A stretch of 64,000 nt of DNA from Octopus vulgaris (lineage: Eukaryota): positions 144,584,001-144,648,000 of the forward strand of contig OX597817.1 of the NCBI GenBank assembly GCA_951406725.2, read 5' to 3'. The position numbers and the translations under genes were made by a program. The notes below the pieces were generated by a model. The model saw only the letters and a list, made by a program, of their open reading frames with translations. It searched no databases and had not been told where the DNA came from. Of the stretch, positions 50,904 through 64,000 are shown in pieces (positions within the stretch are counted from its first letter, which is position 1; the number at the start of each line of letters is the position of its first letter).

Positions 50904-51559
50904 ACAAGTGCTCTAATATGGCCATGGCCTCAGGGCTGAAATGTATAAAAGTATATATATCATCATCATCACTGTTTAACGTCCACTTTCCATGCTGGCA
51001 TGGGTTGGACGGTTTGACTGAGGACTGGTGAGCCAGAGGCTGCAGCAGGCTCAATCTGATCACGCAAAATTTCTACAGCTGGATGCCCTTTCTAATGCCA
51101 ACCACTCCGAGAGTGTAGTGGGTGCTTTTACATGCTTGGAAATAGGTGAAGGTTGGAGACGGAAGAGCATCCAGCCACAGAAAATCTGCCACAATGATTT
51201 CTGTCTGACCAATGCAAGCAAGAAAAAGTGGATATTTAAGAGTGATAGTGATGGTGATTTTATCCAACACTCGATGTACTGAATTTTATGTATTGATAAA
51301 TAGGAATTACACTGAATGGTTTTAATCTTCTATTGGAATTTTATCAATGATTGGTTACTCTCTCTCTGGCTATTTACAGAGACACTTTTTATAAGCCTTG
51401 CATTACTAAGGGCTTAGGTGAATCACATGAACTGATTTGCATATATATAACACATTGTGAGCACCTGGTTTGATTAATAAATCACTGCTGCATTAACAGT
51501 GTTTTATGCAAAGTCAGAGTATTTATGTCTCAGCCTGTTACATACAGTGTTGGCTTGTT

Positions 51560-52190
51560 TACTGGTCAGGCTTCAAGAACCCTATGAAGAATTCTTGCAG
51601 TTCCAAGTAATGCTGATTTTTGTGGGTGTTCTACCCTCACACTTGCACCAATCTTTTTCAGCCATGTTAGTAGTTACGTGCTGATACTTTCAAGTGCACC
51701 AATTACTATTGGTATCATGTCTACTCTATTCATTGACCACAACCTTCATATTTCCCACTTCAAATCGTCATAGTAGCTTATTTTTTTCATCACCGAGGCA
51801 TGCTATGTCGATTATCATGCATCTTCTTTGTTTTTTATTCACCACAACAATGTCCAGTTTCCTATGTCTGGTCAGGTGATCACACTGGACCATTATATCC
51901 CACAGGAATTTGCAGTTCTCATTTTCGGTGATGTCTTTGCTCTTTGTAGGCTGTAATTTCCACAGAGCTCCCAATGAATCATTCTTGCCACATTGTTACG
52001 TTATTATTATTATTATTATTATTATATGGAAACTCAACTTATTTTGCTGGGTATGATGGAAAGTTTCAGCTGTCCACAGCCAGCAGACTAAGGCGACACT
52101 TGTTTACTGGTCATGCTTCAAGAATCCTTGCAGTTCCAAGCAATGCTGATTTTTGTAGGTATTCTACCTTTACATTTGTACCTATTATTA
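51560..52190 (-). mobile_element. R4/Dong-like LINE restriction-like endonuclease remnants (two fragments)
   Basis: ENENCKFLWDIMVQCDHLTRHRKLDIVVVNK..CMIIDIAC; LQKSALLGTARIL. Confidence 0.85.
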
Positions 52191-52194
52191 TTAC

Positions 52195-52440
52195 ACTCTA
52201 GCAATCTATAAAGGATTAGTGGAGGAAAAGAGCAACAACATTTTCAGGGAAACTTTGGGCGTTGACGAAGATCAACTGACCGGTCTGTTCCAAAGGACCT
52301 TCAGGCTGGGGCCTATGGATAACTTCCAGAAATCCCTTGCCTGGTAGTGCTACTGAGGGGTGCTGCCCATTCGGGATAAACTTTACAGGCATGGAAGTGC
52401 CATCAGCCGGGCCTGCCCGAGGTGCATGCAGAACAACGGA
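52195..52440 (+). mobile_element. L1/Tx1 ORF2 C-terminal (zf-RVT-like) remnant
   Basis: KSLAW*CY*GVLPIRDKLYRHGSAISRACPRC. Confidence 0.75.
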
Positions 52441-53939
52441 CAAAATGTTTAATAGCATTTCTTCCAGCTTTTGCATTCTGAATTCAAATACCACCAATTT
52501 TAATTTTGTTTTTCATCCTTTCAGGGTCAGCAAAAGTTAAAAGTACTGGTCAAGTATTGTGATTGAGTGTATCAGCTGACCACCCCTTCAAAACTGCTGC
52601 ATTTGTGCTTTAATTAGAAACCATTGTTATGATTAACATCATCAGTACTAGTTAGAAATAGCAGCCAAATATCCTTCAGATCACACCCTAACATGTTTTA
52701 AAAAGAAAGAACTCATCGGATAAGAAAGTTCTAAATGTACTGTCTGGAAATATGATTAGACAGTCATAGCTGGTATGTTTTAATCATAATAGCTCTGTTC
52801 GATCAATGCTGGCCTGGGGCTAAACATCTACATTTAGTTTTGTAACTTCCTTGCATGACATAACTCCATATTGAAAATTCTAAAAGAATTACAATGGCAT
52901 TATATCTGTTTCTGCATTATGTATTTCTTGCACAGAAAGCCACGTCTTTTGAAAGACAGCTTTCTCATTAAACTATAATAGTTCTTAAGTATTGAGGAAA
53001 ATTTATTCACCGTCTTATTGTAGCTCATTACTTTGAAACTATTTTTCCTCTTCTAATTCTGTCGTAGCTATTTCTGAGTTAATTTCCCTCTTTAGTGGAA
53101 AATATAACCATGGTTTGCATTAGTTTTCATTGAATTTTGAGCAGATGTTATTTATTATTAACTTCATTGTTGTAGATTAAGATAAAGAATGAGTTGGCTG
53201 ATTTGGTAGCACATTGGGCAAAATGCTTAGTGGCATTTCGTCTATCCTTACATTCTGAGTTCAAATTCCAATGAGGTTGACTTTGCCTTTCATCTTTCTG
53301 AAGTTGATAAAATAAGGACTAGTTGAGCACTGGGGTTGATTTAATTGAGATAATTCCAGAACAAAGTGGAGTGGATAATGTGATACTGAAAGCACAAGTT
53401 CCACTAGGCCGGACATAGTGCAAGGTTCATAGACAATAGGTGGACTTCTGCAGTTTCCAACTGGTATCCAAGAGATCAAAAACCGAACCCAGGACCATGT
53501 GGTTCGGAAGCAAGCTTCTTACCTCACAGACCCACCTCTTTATCTGTATTAAATTTACTTTCTGCCTTTATATATTCTTTTGTATCGAGCAAATATTTTG
53601 ACAAGTTAACAATAGTTAGTCCAAGTTTAGAGCTATTGCTATATACATCTCATGATTTGTGCTTTCATGGACAGATATAGGAATGATCTACTTTAGTAAT
53701 TTTGGTTAAGATAGAACAGAAGGGAGCAGTGAAGACAGAATTGGAAGTGCATTGTAACCAGTGGTGTATAACAGCATCTGATGCTGTAGTCAATATGACA
53801 GTGTATCTAGGACAACACTATCAAAATGTCCCATATTAAAGATGGTAGGATGTGAATTAAGGGAGATTTGGTTTATTTTTTTAGCAGGGTTAACATCTGC
53901 ACAAGAGTGTCTGATTTTGGTTTCAAAACAAATATAATT

Positions 53940-54380
53940 TTACTCCTTTACACATTTCAACCATTTGACTGTGACCATGCTGGAGCAGTGCCTTTAGTCG
54001 AAGAAATCGACCCCAAGACTTATCCCTTGTAAGCCTAGTACTAGTTGGTCTCTTATCCCATTTTTTTTGTATTCCTTTATTTATATATATATATACATAC
54101 ATATATATGTATGTGTATATATATATATCTATATCTATCTATATATATCTATATCTATCTATCTATCTATATATATATATATATATACACATACATACAT
54201 ACATACATACATACACACACACATACGACTGGCTTCTTTCACTTTCTGTCTACCAAATCCACTCACAAGGCTTTGGTTGGCCCGAACCTATAGTAGAAGA
54301 CACTTGCCCGAGCTATCACGCAGTTGAACTGAAACCAGAACCATGTGGTTGGGAAAGAAGCTTTTTACCACACAGCCACA
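53940..54380 (-). mobile_element. SINE family A
   Basis: Match to the family. Confidence 0.85.
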
Positions 54381-54976
54381 CTTCTTTGGTTGTATTAAAT
54401 TTACTTTCCACCTTTAATATATTCCTTTGTATCTGAGTGAATATTTTGACAAGTTAACAATAGTCGGTCTGGGTTTAGATCTATTGCTGTTGTTATATAC
54501 ATCTCACAGTCTGTACCTTTCGTAGACAAATATAGGAAACAATTAGCTTCTAATGAAGGGAATTTATCATTGGTATTTCAGAGTTAAACATGACACCAGA
54601 CTGAAATTTCCTGTTTAGACAGATTTACTGTTGCTTTTTTGATTTGCCAGATCCTGTTATTAGTTTAACCCTTCAACAGCAGTAATTCTGACATCAAGAT
54701 CACATCAGCAATCTCACAATCTGGTGTGAAAATTTTAATTACTTCCATTAGGTCAAAGAGTAGAAAGTTTCTGCTGTGTTATATGAAACTTTTATTGTCA
54801 TGTAATTTGACTCACAGCTTGTAAAATGCAAGGCTCTCCTTTCTGCAGTGTGGATGCTGGACAATATAATGTCCTATCACAGAACTTAATTTGATATCGA
54901 AAAGATTTTTACTTTTTGTCTTTAAGAAAATCCGGACTCAAAATAGGTCCAAATTTTAGAATATAATAGATATATA

Positions 54977-55142
54977 GGTGCAGGAGTGGCTGTGTGGTAA
55001 GTAGCTTGCTTACCAACCACATGGTCCTGGATTCAGTCCCACTGCATGGGACCTTGGGCAAGGGTCTACTACTATAGCCTTGGGCCGACCAAAGCCTTGT
55101 GAGTGAATTTGGTAGGTGGAAATGGAAAGAAGCCTGTTGTGT
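54977..55142 (+). mobile_element. SINE family A 5' half
   Basis: Match to the family. Confidence 0.85.
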
Positions 55143-55232
55143 AAATATATATATATATGTATTAAATTAAATTAGAGATAAAACCCACTATTAAGCAAAT
55201 TTTTCCCTGTAAGTTTGGATATACTCCCTAAT

Positions 55233-55270
<38 letters not shown>

Positions 55271-55300
55271 TATATATGTATGTGTATATATATATATATG

Positions 55301-55374
<74 letters not shown>

Positions 55375-55404
55375 TACATACATATATATACATACATACA
55401 TATA

Positions 55405-55718
55405 TGAAAATATTTAAGAGAGTAGTGAGATGGCGAACCCCAACTAGCATAGTTTCCATGATGGCAGGGACTGCCTGTTGCAGGTTCTGCATCATTTTGA
55501 CAACATCTTAAAAGCGTTAGAAGAAGATTCCAACACTGACGTCATATACCTTGATACCTTGGTTTCAGCAAGGCGTTTGACAGAGTGGACCACAAAATCC
55601 TGCTGAAGAAACTGTGCAGCATTGGAGTCGGTGGAAAGCTGCTGCCGTGGATAAAGTGTTTCCTGACGAACAGAACCCAACATGTTGTGTTTGAAGGAAT
55701 ACGATCCAGCTCAGCCAA
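55405..55718 (+). mobile_element. CR1/L2-group LINE reverse-transcriptase fragment, frameshifted
   Basis: [54 protein letters not shown]. Confidence 0.9.
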
Positions 55719-55719
55719 A

Positions 55720-55789
55720 ACACACCGACATCAGTTGTCAAGCTATGGTGGGGGACAAACATAGATACACACACATACACACACACACA

Positions 55790-55825
<36 letters not shown>

Positions 55826-56405
55826 GACAGGCTTCTTTCAGTTTCTGTCTATCAAATCTATTCGCAAGGCTTTGGTCAGCCCAAGGCTGGAGTAGAAGAC
55901 ATTGCCCCAAGGTGCCATGCAGTGGGACTGAACCCAGAACCTTGTGGTTGGTAAGCAAGCTATTTACCTCACAGCCATGCCTGCACCTACAACATATAAA
56001 AATAATAATCCTTTCTACTGTAACCACACGGCCTGGGTTTTGTGGGGTGGGGGACAGTCAAACACATTGACCTCAGTACTCAACTGGTACTTAGTTTATT
56101 GACCCCGAAAGAATGAAAGGTGAAGCTGACCTCCGCAGAATTTTAACTCAGAATGTAGCAACAGGTGAAATACCTATTTCTTTACTATCCACAAGGGGCT
56201 AAACACAGAGGGGACAAACAAGGACAGACAAACGGATTAAGTCGATTACATCGACCTCCAGTGCGTAACTGGTACTTAGTTAATCGACCCCGAAAGGATG
56301 AAAGGCAAAGTCGACCTCGGTGGAATTTGAACTCAGAACGTAGCGGCAGACGAAATACCGCTAAGCATTTCACCCGGTGTGCTAACGTTTCTGCCAGCTT
56401 GCTGA
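55720..56405 (-). mobile_element. SINE family A fragment plus dimeric family B
   Basis: Matches to both families. Confidence 0.85.
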
Positions 56406-56671
56406 CTTAACAAATAGTGATGGCTACATTTTGATACTTGTGTAGGTCAGATGCAATTCGTTGAGGTAAAATTTCTACAGCCAGATGCTCTTCCTGTCAC
56501 CAACCTGGCCTGTTTCTAAGTAAATGTTTGCCCCTGGTTAGACATGTTTTTCACAAAAGACTGAACAGAAGCCACTTTGCCTGTATGACAGCGATGATTG
56601 TTTACAGCCATTACATGATGTCATACATACATACATACACATACATACATACATACATATACATACATACA

Positions 56672-56703
<32 letters not shown>

Positions 56704-56705
56704 CA

Positions 56706-56739
<34 letters not shown>

Positions 56740-57106
56740 CATATATATATATAATATTAGGGAGTATATCCAAACTTACAGGGAAAAATTTACGACGAGG
56801 TTTCCAGTTGATCCGACCAACAAAACAGCTTGCCCGTAAAATTAACATGCATGTGGCTGAGTACTCCAGACACATTACCCATAAAGGTGTTCTCAAGGAG
56901 ATTCAACATGACACCGAGTGTGACAAGGCTGGCCCTTTGTAATTACAGGTGCAACTCACTTTTGCCAGCTGAGTGGCAAATAAAGTGTACTGCCAGAAAT
57001 AGAACTCGTGACTTTACATTCATGAACCAAACACACTGACCACTAAGCCATGCACCCTTACTGATGTCGAGACAAGGATACACACACACACATGCACAAT
57101 GGGCTT

Positions 57107-57493
57107 GCTTGTTTCAGTCATTTGACTGTGGCCATGCTGGAGCACCACCTTTAGTCAAGCAAATTGACCCCAGGACTTATTCTTTGTAAGCCTAGTTCTT
57201 ATTATATTGGTCTCTTTTTGCCAAACCGCTAAGTTATGGGGACGTAAATACACCCGCATTGGTTGTCAAGCGATGTTGGGGTGACAAACACAGACACACA
57301 AACATATACATATACATATATATACATATACGACAGGCTTCTTCCAGTTTCCATCTACCAAATCTACTCACCAGGCTTTGGTCAGCCCGAGGCTATAGTA
57401 GAAGACACTTTCCCAAGGTGCCACACAGTGGGACTGAACCTGGAACCATGTGGTTGGTAAGCAAGCTACTTAGCACACAGCCATTCCTGCGCC
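57107..57493 (-). mobile_element. SINE family A
   Basis: Match to the family. Confidence 0.88.
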
Positions 57494-57929
57494 TTCTTCC
57501 AAATTCTGCCAACAAATCCTGTCTTCGGTCATCCTGGGGCTCTAATAGAAAGCACGTGCAGTAGGGCTGAACCTGAGACCATGTAGCTGGGAAACATGCT
57601 TCTCAACCATAGAGCTACACCCATAAAAATATATATAAATGAATGAGTATGTAAACGTATGTGTGTGTGTGTGTGTACATGCATGTGTATGTACAAAATA
57701 GCTAAAACTTTAAAATATCGTCGTTCTGTAATGCTATCTGAGAGCCCGGACTAGGTAGGAATTAACATCCTGAATCTTAATGAGCATAGGGCTATGTTCA
57801 GTAAATTTATGGTTCAGCTCACACAGGGAGAATATCACAGTTTATTGCTGCCAAATGCTCACTAATTAATTGTATAAATAATTTAACTCTCAACTTCTTT
57901 ACACACGTGCACGCACACGTTTGTATGCA

Positions 57930-58235
<306 letters not shown>

Positions 58236-59100
58236 GTGCACATGATATTTTGTAACTGAATCCTCACAAGTTACAATTGCTAGTTTCACTTCCTGATTGA
58301 AACACACGCATACACATACATATATTACACGCATGCATGCACACCCAAATACATACACATGTAGACATATTTATGCATAAACTCAGGCTCATATACGCGA
58401 ATAATGTTTGCATATGTAAAATTTAAAATCTATTTCATTGCTTAGAAATCTATTCAAAATGTGTATTAAGCATAAATGTCACCATAAACAAAGTAACAAA
58501 AAAAAAGACAAAAAAGGAAAAAAAAAAACAAGCCATTTGTTGAGTCTCAAAACCATGATATTTACCGTGTTTCTGTGACTCAGTATGTCACCAATATTAC
58601 AACATATTAAAGGTGGCAAGCTGGCAGAAATGTTAGCACATCAGGTGAAATGCTTCGCGGTATATTGTCTGTCTTTACGTTCTGAGTTCAAATTTCGCTG
58701 AGTGTTAACTTTACCTTTCATCATTTCATAATCAACCTTGCCTGGACTTGTGCCTCGTAGGGTAACTTTCTAGGTGCAATCCCATGGTCATTTGTGACCG
58801 AAGGGGGTCTCTGAATATATCATCATCATTTAAAGTCCATTGTCCATGCTAGCATGGGTAGATGGTTTGACTAGGGCTGGTAGGCTAGACAGCTGCACCA
58901 GACTCCAGTCTGATTTGGCACGGTTTTCTTCAGCTGGAGCTCTAGATCCACAAGTTAGAAAAAACAGGCAGTTGTATATTCGACCACAGAGAGGGTATAT
59001 TAATATATGGTCAATCCAAACAAGAACAAGCAAGAAAAAACAACAACGCAAGGACTTGGAACAAGTACTGTGTTATTGAATACTCAGGAAAAGAAAGAGG

Positions 59101-59135
59101 ATTTCACGTTTCGAGCGGAGCTCTTCATCAGAAAT
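59101..59135 (-). ncRNA. Minimal hammerhead motif (Penelope-type terminus)
   Basis: attt-CTGATGA-a-gagc-tcc-gctc-GAAAC-GTG-aaat. Confidence 0.7.
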
Positions 59136-59195
59136 ATAGAAAAAGTCCAAAGAAGGGAAGATGGAGAAAGAAAATTGCCAATGATACACACGTGG

Positions 59196-59232
<37 letters not shown>

Positions 59233-59589
59233 CTAATACCAAACAGAATGAGGAACTAGTAGATAAAACCATGGTTTGTTTTGATTCTATGTTCTTGTTT
59301 AGTGCTCAAAACAAACCATGGAATTATCCACCAATACAGCAGAGTGGATAGATTTATATTCATTTTATCAAAGTAGAGAGTCAAACTGTTACCTTCAAAA
59401 TAACACATACTTGGCATGCATGTATATTATTTCCTGTTATGTCTTGTATCTTGCATGTGTATGTATGTGTGTGTATTAATCTTTAGTATACACATTAGCA
59501 TTTCGCTAAATCAACCATAAATTTATATAAATATACTGACAGGTATACATATATATATACTGTTAGGTTGATTTAGCCAAACCGAGTAG

Positions 59590-59640
59590 TCACTACTGAT
59601 GAGCTTATGACTGATAGGCGAAATTAGTTTAATCCAGTGA
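59590..59640 (+). ncRNA. Near-intact type-I hammerhead ribozyme
   Basis: tcacta-CTGATGA-gcttat-gactg-ataggc-GAAA-ttagttta-ATC-cagtga. Confidence 0.8.
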
Positions 59641-60553
59641 TCTTGGAGTCACTCATGGGGTGATTATCTCCCTTGTCAGTGTATATATATTGTGTACTTC
59701 ATTTAGCATTAAGAGTTTTTAACTCTTATTTCTTGCAATATAGGTGCTTCAGCACCCTCAGTCGCAATTAGTGACGATAAAATTTTTCCTTTATGGTATT
59801 AAATTGTGCTAAGCTGTTTATATTAATTTATACATACATACATTATATATATATATGAGAGAGAGTGAGAAAGATGTGTTTATGCTGTCTCATTGTTTTG
59901 TAGCTAGCTTACTGTTGACAGAGATCAATAAGCTAAGTACCAAACTAAATCCATTCTCGGGTCAATAGGATCAATTGAAACCCTTCAAAGCAGTGTCTGA
60001 AAAATGATTTTATTATCTCCTGCATCATCAACTTTTGTCTTAATATCAATTTTTTCGAAAACTGTGGGGGAATGATTACTTCTCCTAAGCTTAAGAGCTT
60101 ATATGTACAATACTGTTTTCCTATATCAGTTGTGACATGTTTTCTCTTAGAATGACAGTAGAAGTGAATACATGTTGTTGACAAAATCCAACAAGGCAGA
60201 ATTACATATTATTACCATTGCTTTTCTTCTGCTACTGGTATATATTTGTGTTTTTAAACATAGTATGTCCATGAAAATATTATTTCTGGATGAATACCTC
60301 TGTTCATTTCATTTGCTTTTTTGCGATGGTTCTGCATCAAGTATGATATACAGATGTATGTGTATTGTCATCATTATCTAAAATTCGTTTTCCATGCTGG
60401 CATGGGTTGGACGGTTTGACAGGAACTGACAAGTTCTGCTGTCTGCTTTTTCCTGGTTTCTATGGCTGAATGCCCTTCCTAGCAGATAACGAATCATTAA
60501 AAATCTGTTAAAGGACTTCTTTGTCTTCTTCTTATTTGGTATACACACACATA

Positions 60554-61008
60554 CAGGATGTCCTGAAATTAAAGCAATTGAATTTTCAGGCTTTAATAAT
60601 TATCAATAAAGGTGATAAGATCTGAAAATTATACATCGTTATAAAAGCTTAGTGTGTCTTCTTTTTGTTTCAGACTAAATGAATTCAGATTTATAAATTA
60701 GATAATTGCTCTAGACTGAAATACAATTATAATCCTCCACAAAGGAGACAAAAGTAATACAGGTCTTTTACTCTTTTTTTTATCTCTTTTACTTGTTTCT
60801 GTCATTTGACTTTGGCCATGCTGGAGCACCGCCTTTTTTAGTCTAGCAAATTGACCCCAGGACTTATTCTTTGTAAATCTAGTACTTATTCTATCAGTCT
60901 CTTTTGCCGAACCGCTAAGTTACGGGGATGTAAACACACCAGTATCAGTTGTCGAGCGATGTTGGGGTGGGGGGAACAAACACAGACACACAAACATATA
61001 CACACACA

Positions 61009-61088
<80 letters not shown>

Positions 61089-62267
61089 CATATTTACAAC
61101 GGGCTTCTTTCAGTTTCCGTCTACCAAATCCACTCACAAGGCTTTGGTCGACCCAAGGCTATAGTAGAAGACACTTGCCCAAGGTGCCACTTACCACACA
61201 ACCACTCCTAGCATAAAAGCTTAAAATTAACCAAGCAACAGTCTGGAAAATTGTCAAGAAATTTAAAGAGATTGGTTCTACCACCGATCAACCTGGACGT
61301 GACTGAAAAAGAAATGTGTAGATGCCACAGCTTATCAAAAGTACCAGAGAAAAGATATGGCGAAATCATCATTGTTCTGTCAGAAAACTGGCTGCCAAAG
61401 CAAAAATAACCTGAACATTGATATATCGAGTGCTGAAGGATAATCTCAGGTCTTGCCCCAACACGATGAATTCACACAAGTTTATAAAGCCATGAGACTG
61501 GAGAGAAGTTATCTTATCCTGTATCAGATTGCTGAAGACTCACTGCCCAACCTGGTGTTTAATGATGAAAAGAAATTTGACATCGAACAGACAGTTAACC
61601 AATGGAATGACCAACTTTGGAGTGTATCTTGCTCTATCTGTAGTACACTCTTAAATTGACATCAATATCTGCAGTCAGTTATGGTTCGAGTGGCTGTGAC
61701 AGCCACTGGAAGGTCTACCCTCATTTTTGTGCCCTCGTGTGTGAAAATTAACACCCAATGATACATTAGCCGTATTCTGGAAGTTGAACTGCTTCCATGG
61801 GTGAATGAGATGTTTCAAGGCACACCTTGGAGCCTCTAACAGGACTCAGTACCACCCCACTGCTCAAAACAGACACAGCGCTGGATTCAGAAAAACATTC
61901 CATCATTCATAGGCAAGGTGTATGGCTCTGAAGAAGCCCCAATCTCAACCCATTGGATTTTGCTTTATGGTCCATTTTGGAGACTAGAGTCTCAAGCACT
62001 CTTCATGCGTCACTCAACTCTCTGCAGGCAAAACTACACCAAGAATGGGCTTTGATTCCACAAAACAACTGTGTGCCATGTATGAAGCATTCACACTTTT
62101 ACTTAAGGCTGTAATTTGAAACAGAGGTGTTCATATCAAATAAATGTGGTACTGTCATAATTGTGTTACCTTTACCATTGCATTGCAACACTCGGACCCA
62201 AAATATAACAATATTTTGCTTTGGTAAAATTGAAAAAATTTGGTTGCCTTAATTTTGGGACACCCTA
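60554..62267 (+). mobile_element. Tc1/mariner (maT/DD37D-like) element, pseudogenised, with a family A SINE inserted at 60765-61212
   Basis: TA-CAGGATGTCCTGAAATTAAAGCAA / TTGCCTTAATTTTGGGACACCCTA-TA TIRs; LVFNDEKKF, SVMV, QDSVPPH and SPNLNPLDFALWSILE motifs with stops. Confidence 0.9.
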
Positions 62268-62324
62268 TATGTACGTGTTTCTGTTTGTATATACATATAC
62301 ATATATATATACATACATACACAC

Positions 62325-62600
62325 TCTCTCTTTTACTCTCTTTTACTTGTTTCAGTCATTTGACTGCAGCCATGCTGGAGCCCCACCTTTAGTTGAGCAA
62401 ATCGACCCCAGGACTTATTCTTTGTAAGTTTAGTACTTATTCTATCGGTCTCAGGACGTAAACACACCAGCATTGGTTGTCAAGCGAAGTTGGGGGGATG
62501 AACACAGATAAACATATACACGCACTTACCATACATATATATGTATACACATATGACAGGCTTCTTTCAGTTTCCGTCTACCAAATCCACTCACAAGGCT
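62325..62600 (-). mobile_element. SINE family A 3' part
   Basis: Match to the family. Confidence 0.85.
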
Positions 62601-62602
62601 TG

Positions 62603-62651
<49 letters not shown>

Positions 62652-63087
62652 GTATAAGAAGGGATGACCACTAAGTGGACATCCAATATGCTAGAAATAG
62701 ATCACCTTTATTTTGTATTTTTCATTTGTCTTACCTGCTTACACACACACACAGTGGATGGTCTACTTCCAGTTTCTGTGTACCAAACCAACTCACAGTG
62801 TTTGTATAGCTTGTTTTTACAAGTTTGCATGGTTTGACGCTTCTGTAAATACAAATATTTTTAAGAATTTTTAAAACAATTATTTCCATAGAGTAAATCT
62901 CTTCCACAATATCAAATATTCAATAATGAAACAGTTTCGAAAAGTAGAGAGAGAGACAGAATGGAAAAGAAAGAGGCGGAGGAAGCAAAGAAAGAAGAGA
63001 GAAAAGAAAAGGAGTGAAATGGGAATGAATAGGAGAGAGAGAGAGAGATAGCATAACAACATGGCTAAACAACTGTATTTTGTACAA

Positions 63088-63770
63088 CATCATCATCATC
63101 ATCATTGTTTAACATCTGCTTTCCATGCTAGCATGGGTTGGACGATTTTGACTGAGGTCTGGCGAACCAGATGGCTGCTCCAGGCTCCAATCTTGATCTG
63201 GCAAAGTTTCTACAGCTGGATGCCCTTCCTAATGCCAACCACTCCGAGAGTGTAGTGGGTGCTTTTTATGTGCCACAGGCACGGGGGCCAGTCAGGCAGT
63301 ACTGGTAATGACCTCGCTCCAATCTTTTACTCATGCCACCGGCACAGGTGCCAGTAAGGCAACGTTGGTAGCGATCACGCTCGAATTGTGTCCTTTTACA
63401 TACTAGGGCATGGGGGCCAGTCAGGTGGTACTGGCAATGACCTCGCTCGAATCTTTTTACATATGCCACCGGCACAGGTGCCAGTAAGGCAACATTGGTA
63501 ATGCAAAAGATTTGTTGCTCTTTTTGTTGTTGTAAATCTCCAAATCAATCTTGAGCCAAGGCATATCAGTCATTATAGGAGTACAGAAGACTACATTATC
63601 ATCATCATTCAGTGTCTGTTTTCTATGCTGGCATGGGTTGGATAGCTTGACAGGAGATGGCAAGCCAGAAAGCTGCACCAAGCTCCGGTTTTCTGCTTCG
63701 GCATGGTTTCTAGCGTCAGGGTACGTTTTATGTGGCACCAGCACCAGTGCTTTTTACACGGCACCAGCAA
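63088..63770 (-). mobile_element. SINE family C copies
   Basis: 63088-63505 resembles 26316-26680; second tail at ~63597. Confidence 0.82.
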
Positions 63771-64000
63771 TAATTTTATAAGATGGCATAATGTAAGTCA
63801 AGCATGACTGCTACTTCAAGTAAGTCAACCATAAAAAAGCATTCATACTGGTTCTTGTGAGTGATATCTAGATGCTTATGGTGATTATTAGTCCTGCTAT
63901 CAGTAGGAAATTCCTCAGAGGTTTCCAGAACTGGGAAAAGGCATATCAATATGCTTCATATCACACTCATTCCAGGAATGTTCTCTGGGATGGAAGTTTA

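Noticed and set aside
52216-52497. 93-aa GC-rich minus ORF
   Set aside because: Antisense of the L1/Tx1 remnant

Overview
AT-rich, repeat-dense eukaryotic DNA, intronic or intergenic. The SINE families and microsatellite load match what I recognise from Octopus (cephalopod) genomes; this is recognition, not a database result. I can recognise no intact protein-coding gene, and most ORFs in the track are microsatellite or SINE read-throughs. The window holds dozens of SINE copies from at least four families (labelled A-D here), decayed LINE fragments (CR1, RTE, R4/RLE, L1/Tx1), a pseudogenised maT-like Tc1/mariner with both TIRs, a mariner MITE, piggyBac- and hAT-like MITEs, a non-autonomous Helitron and long microsatellites. 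The most notable signal is seven loci with minimal type-I hammerhead ribozyme motifs of the Penelope-associated kind, several at inverted-repeat junctions. They include a family in which a tRNA-derived Pol III head is fused to a hammerhead-bearing tail, and one near-intact hammerhead at 59590-59640. A few low-confidence candidate exons occur, best at 36.7-37.7 kb. Repeat boundaries were read by eye and are approximate.
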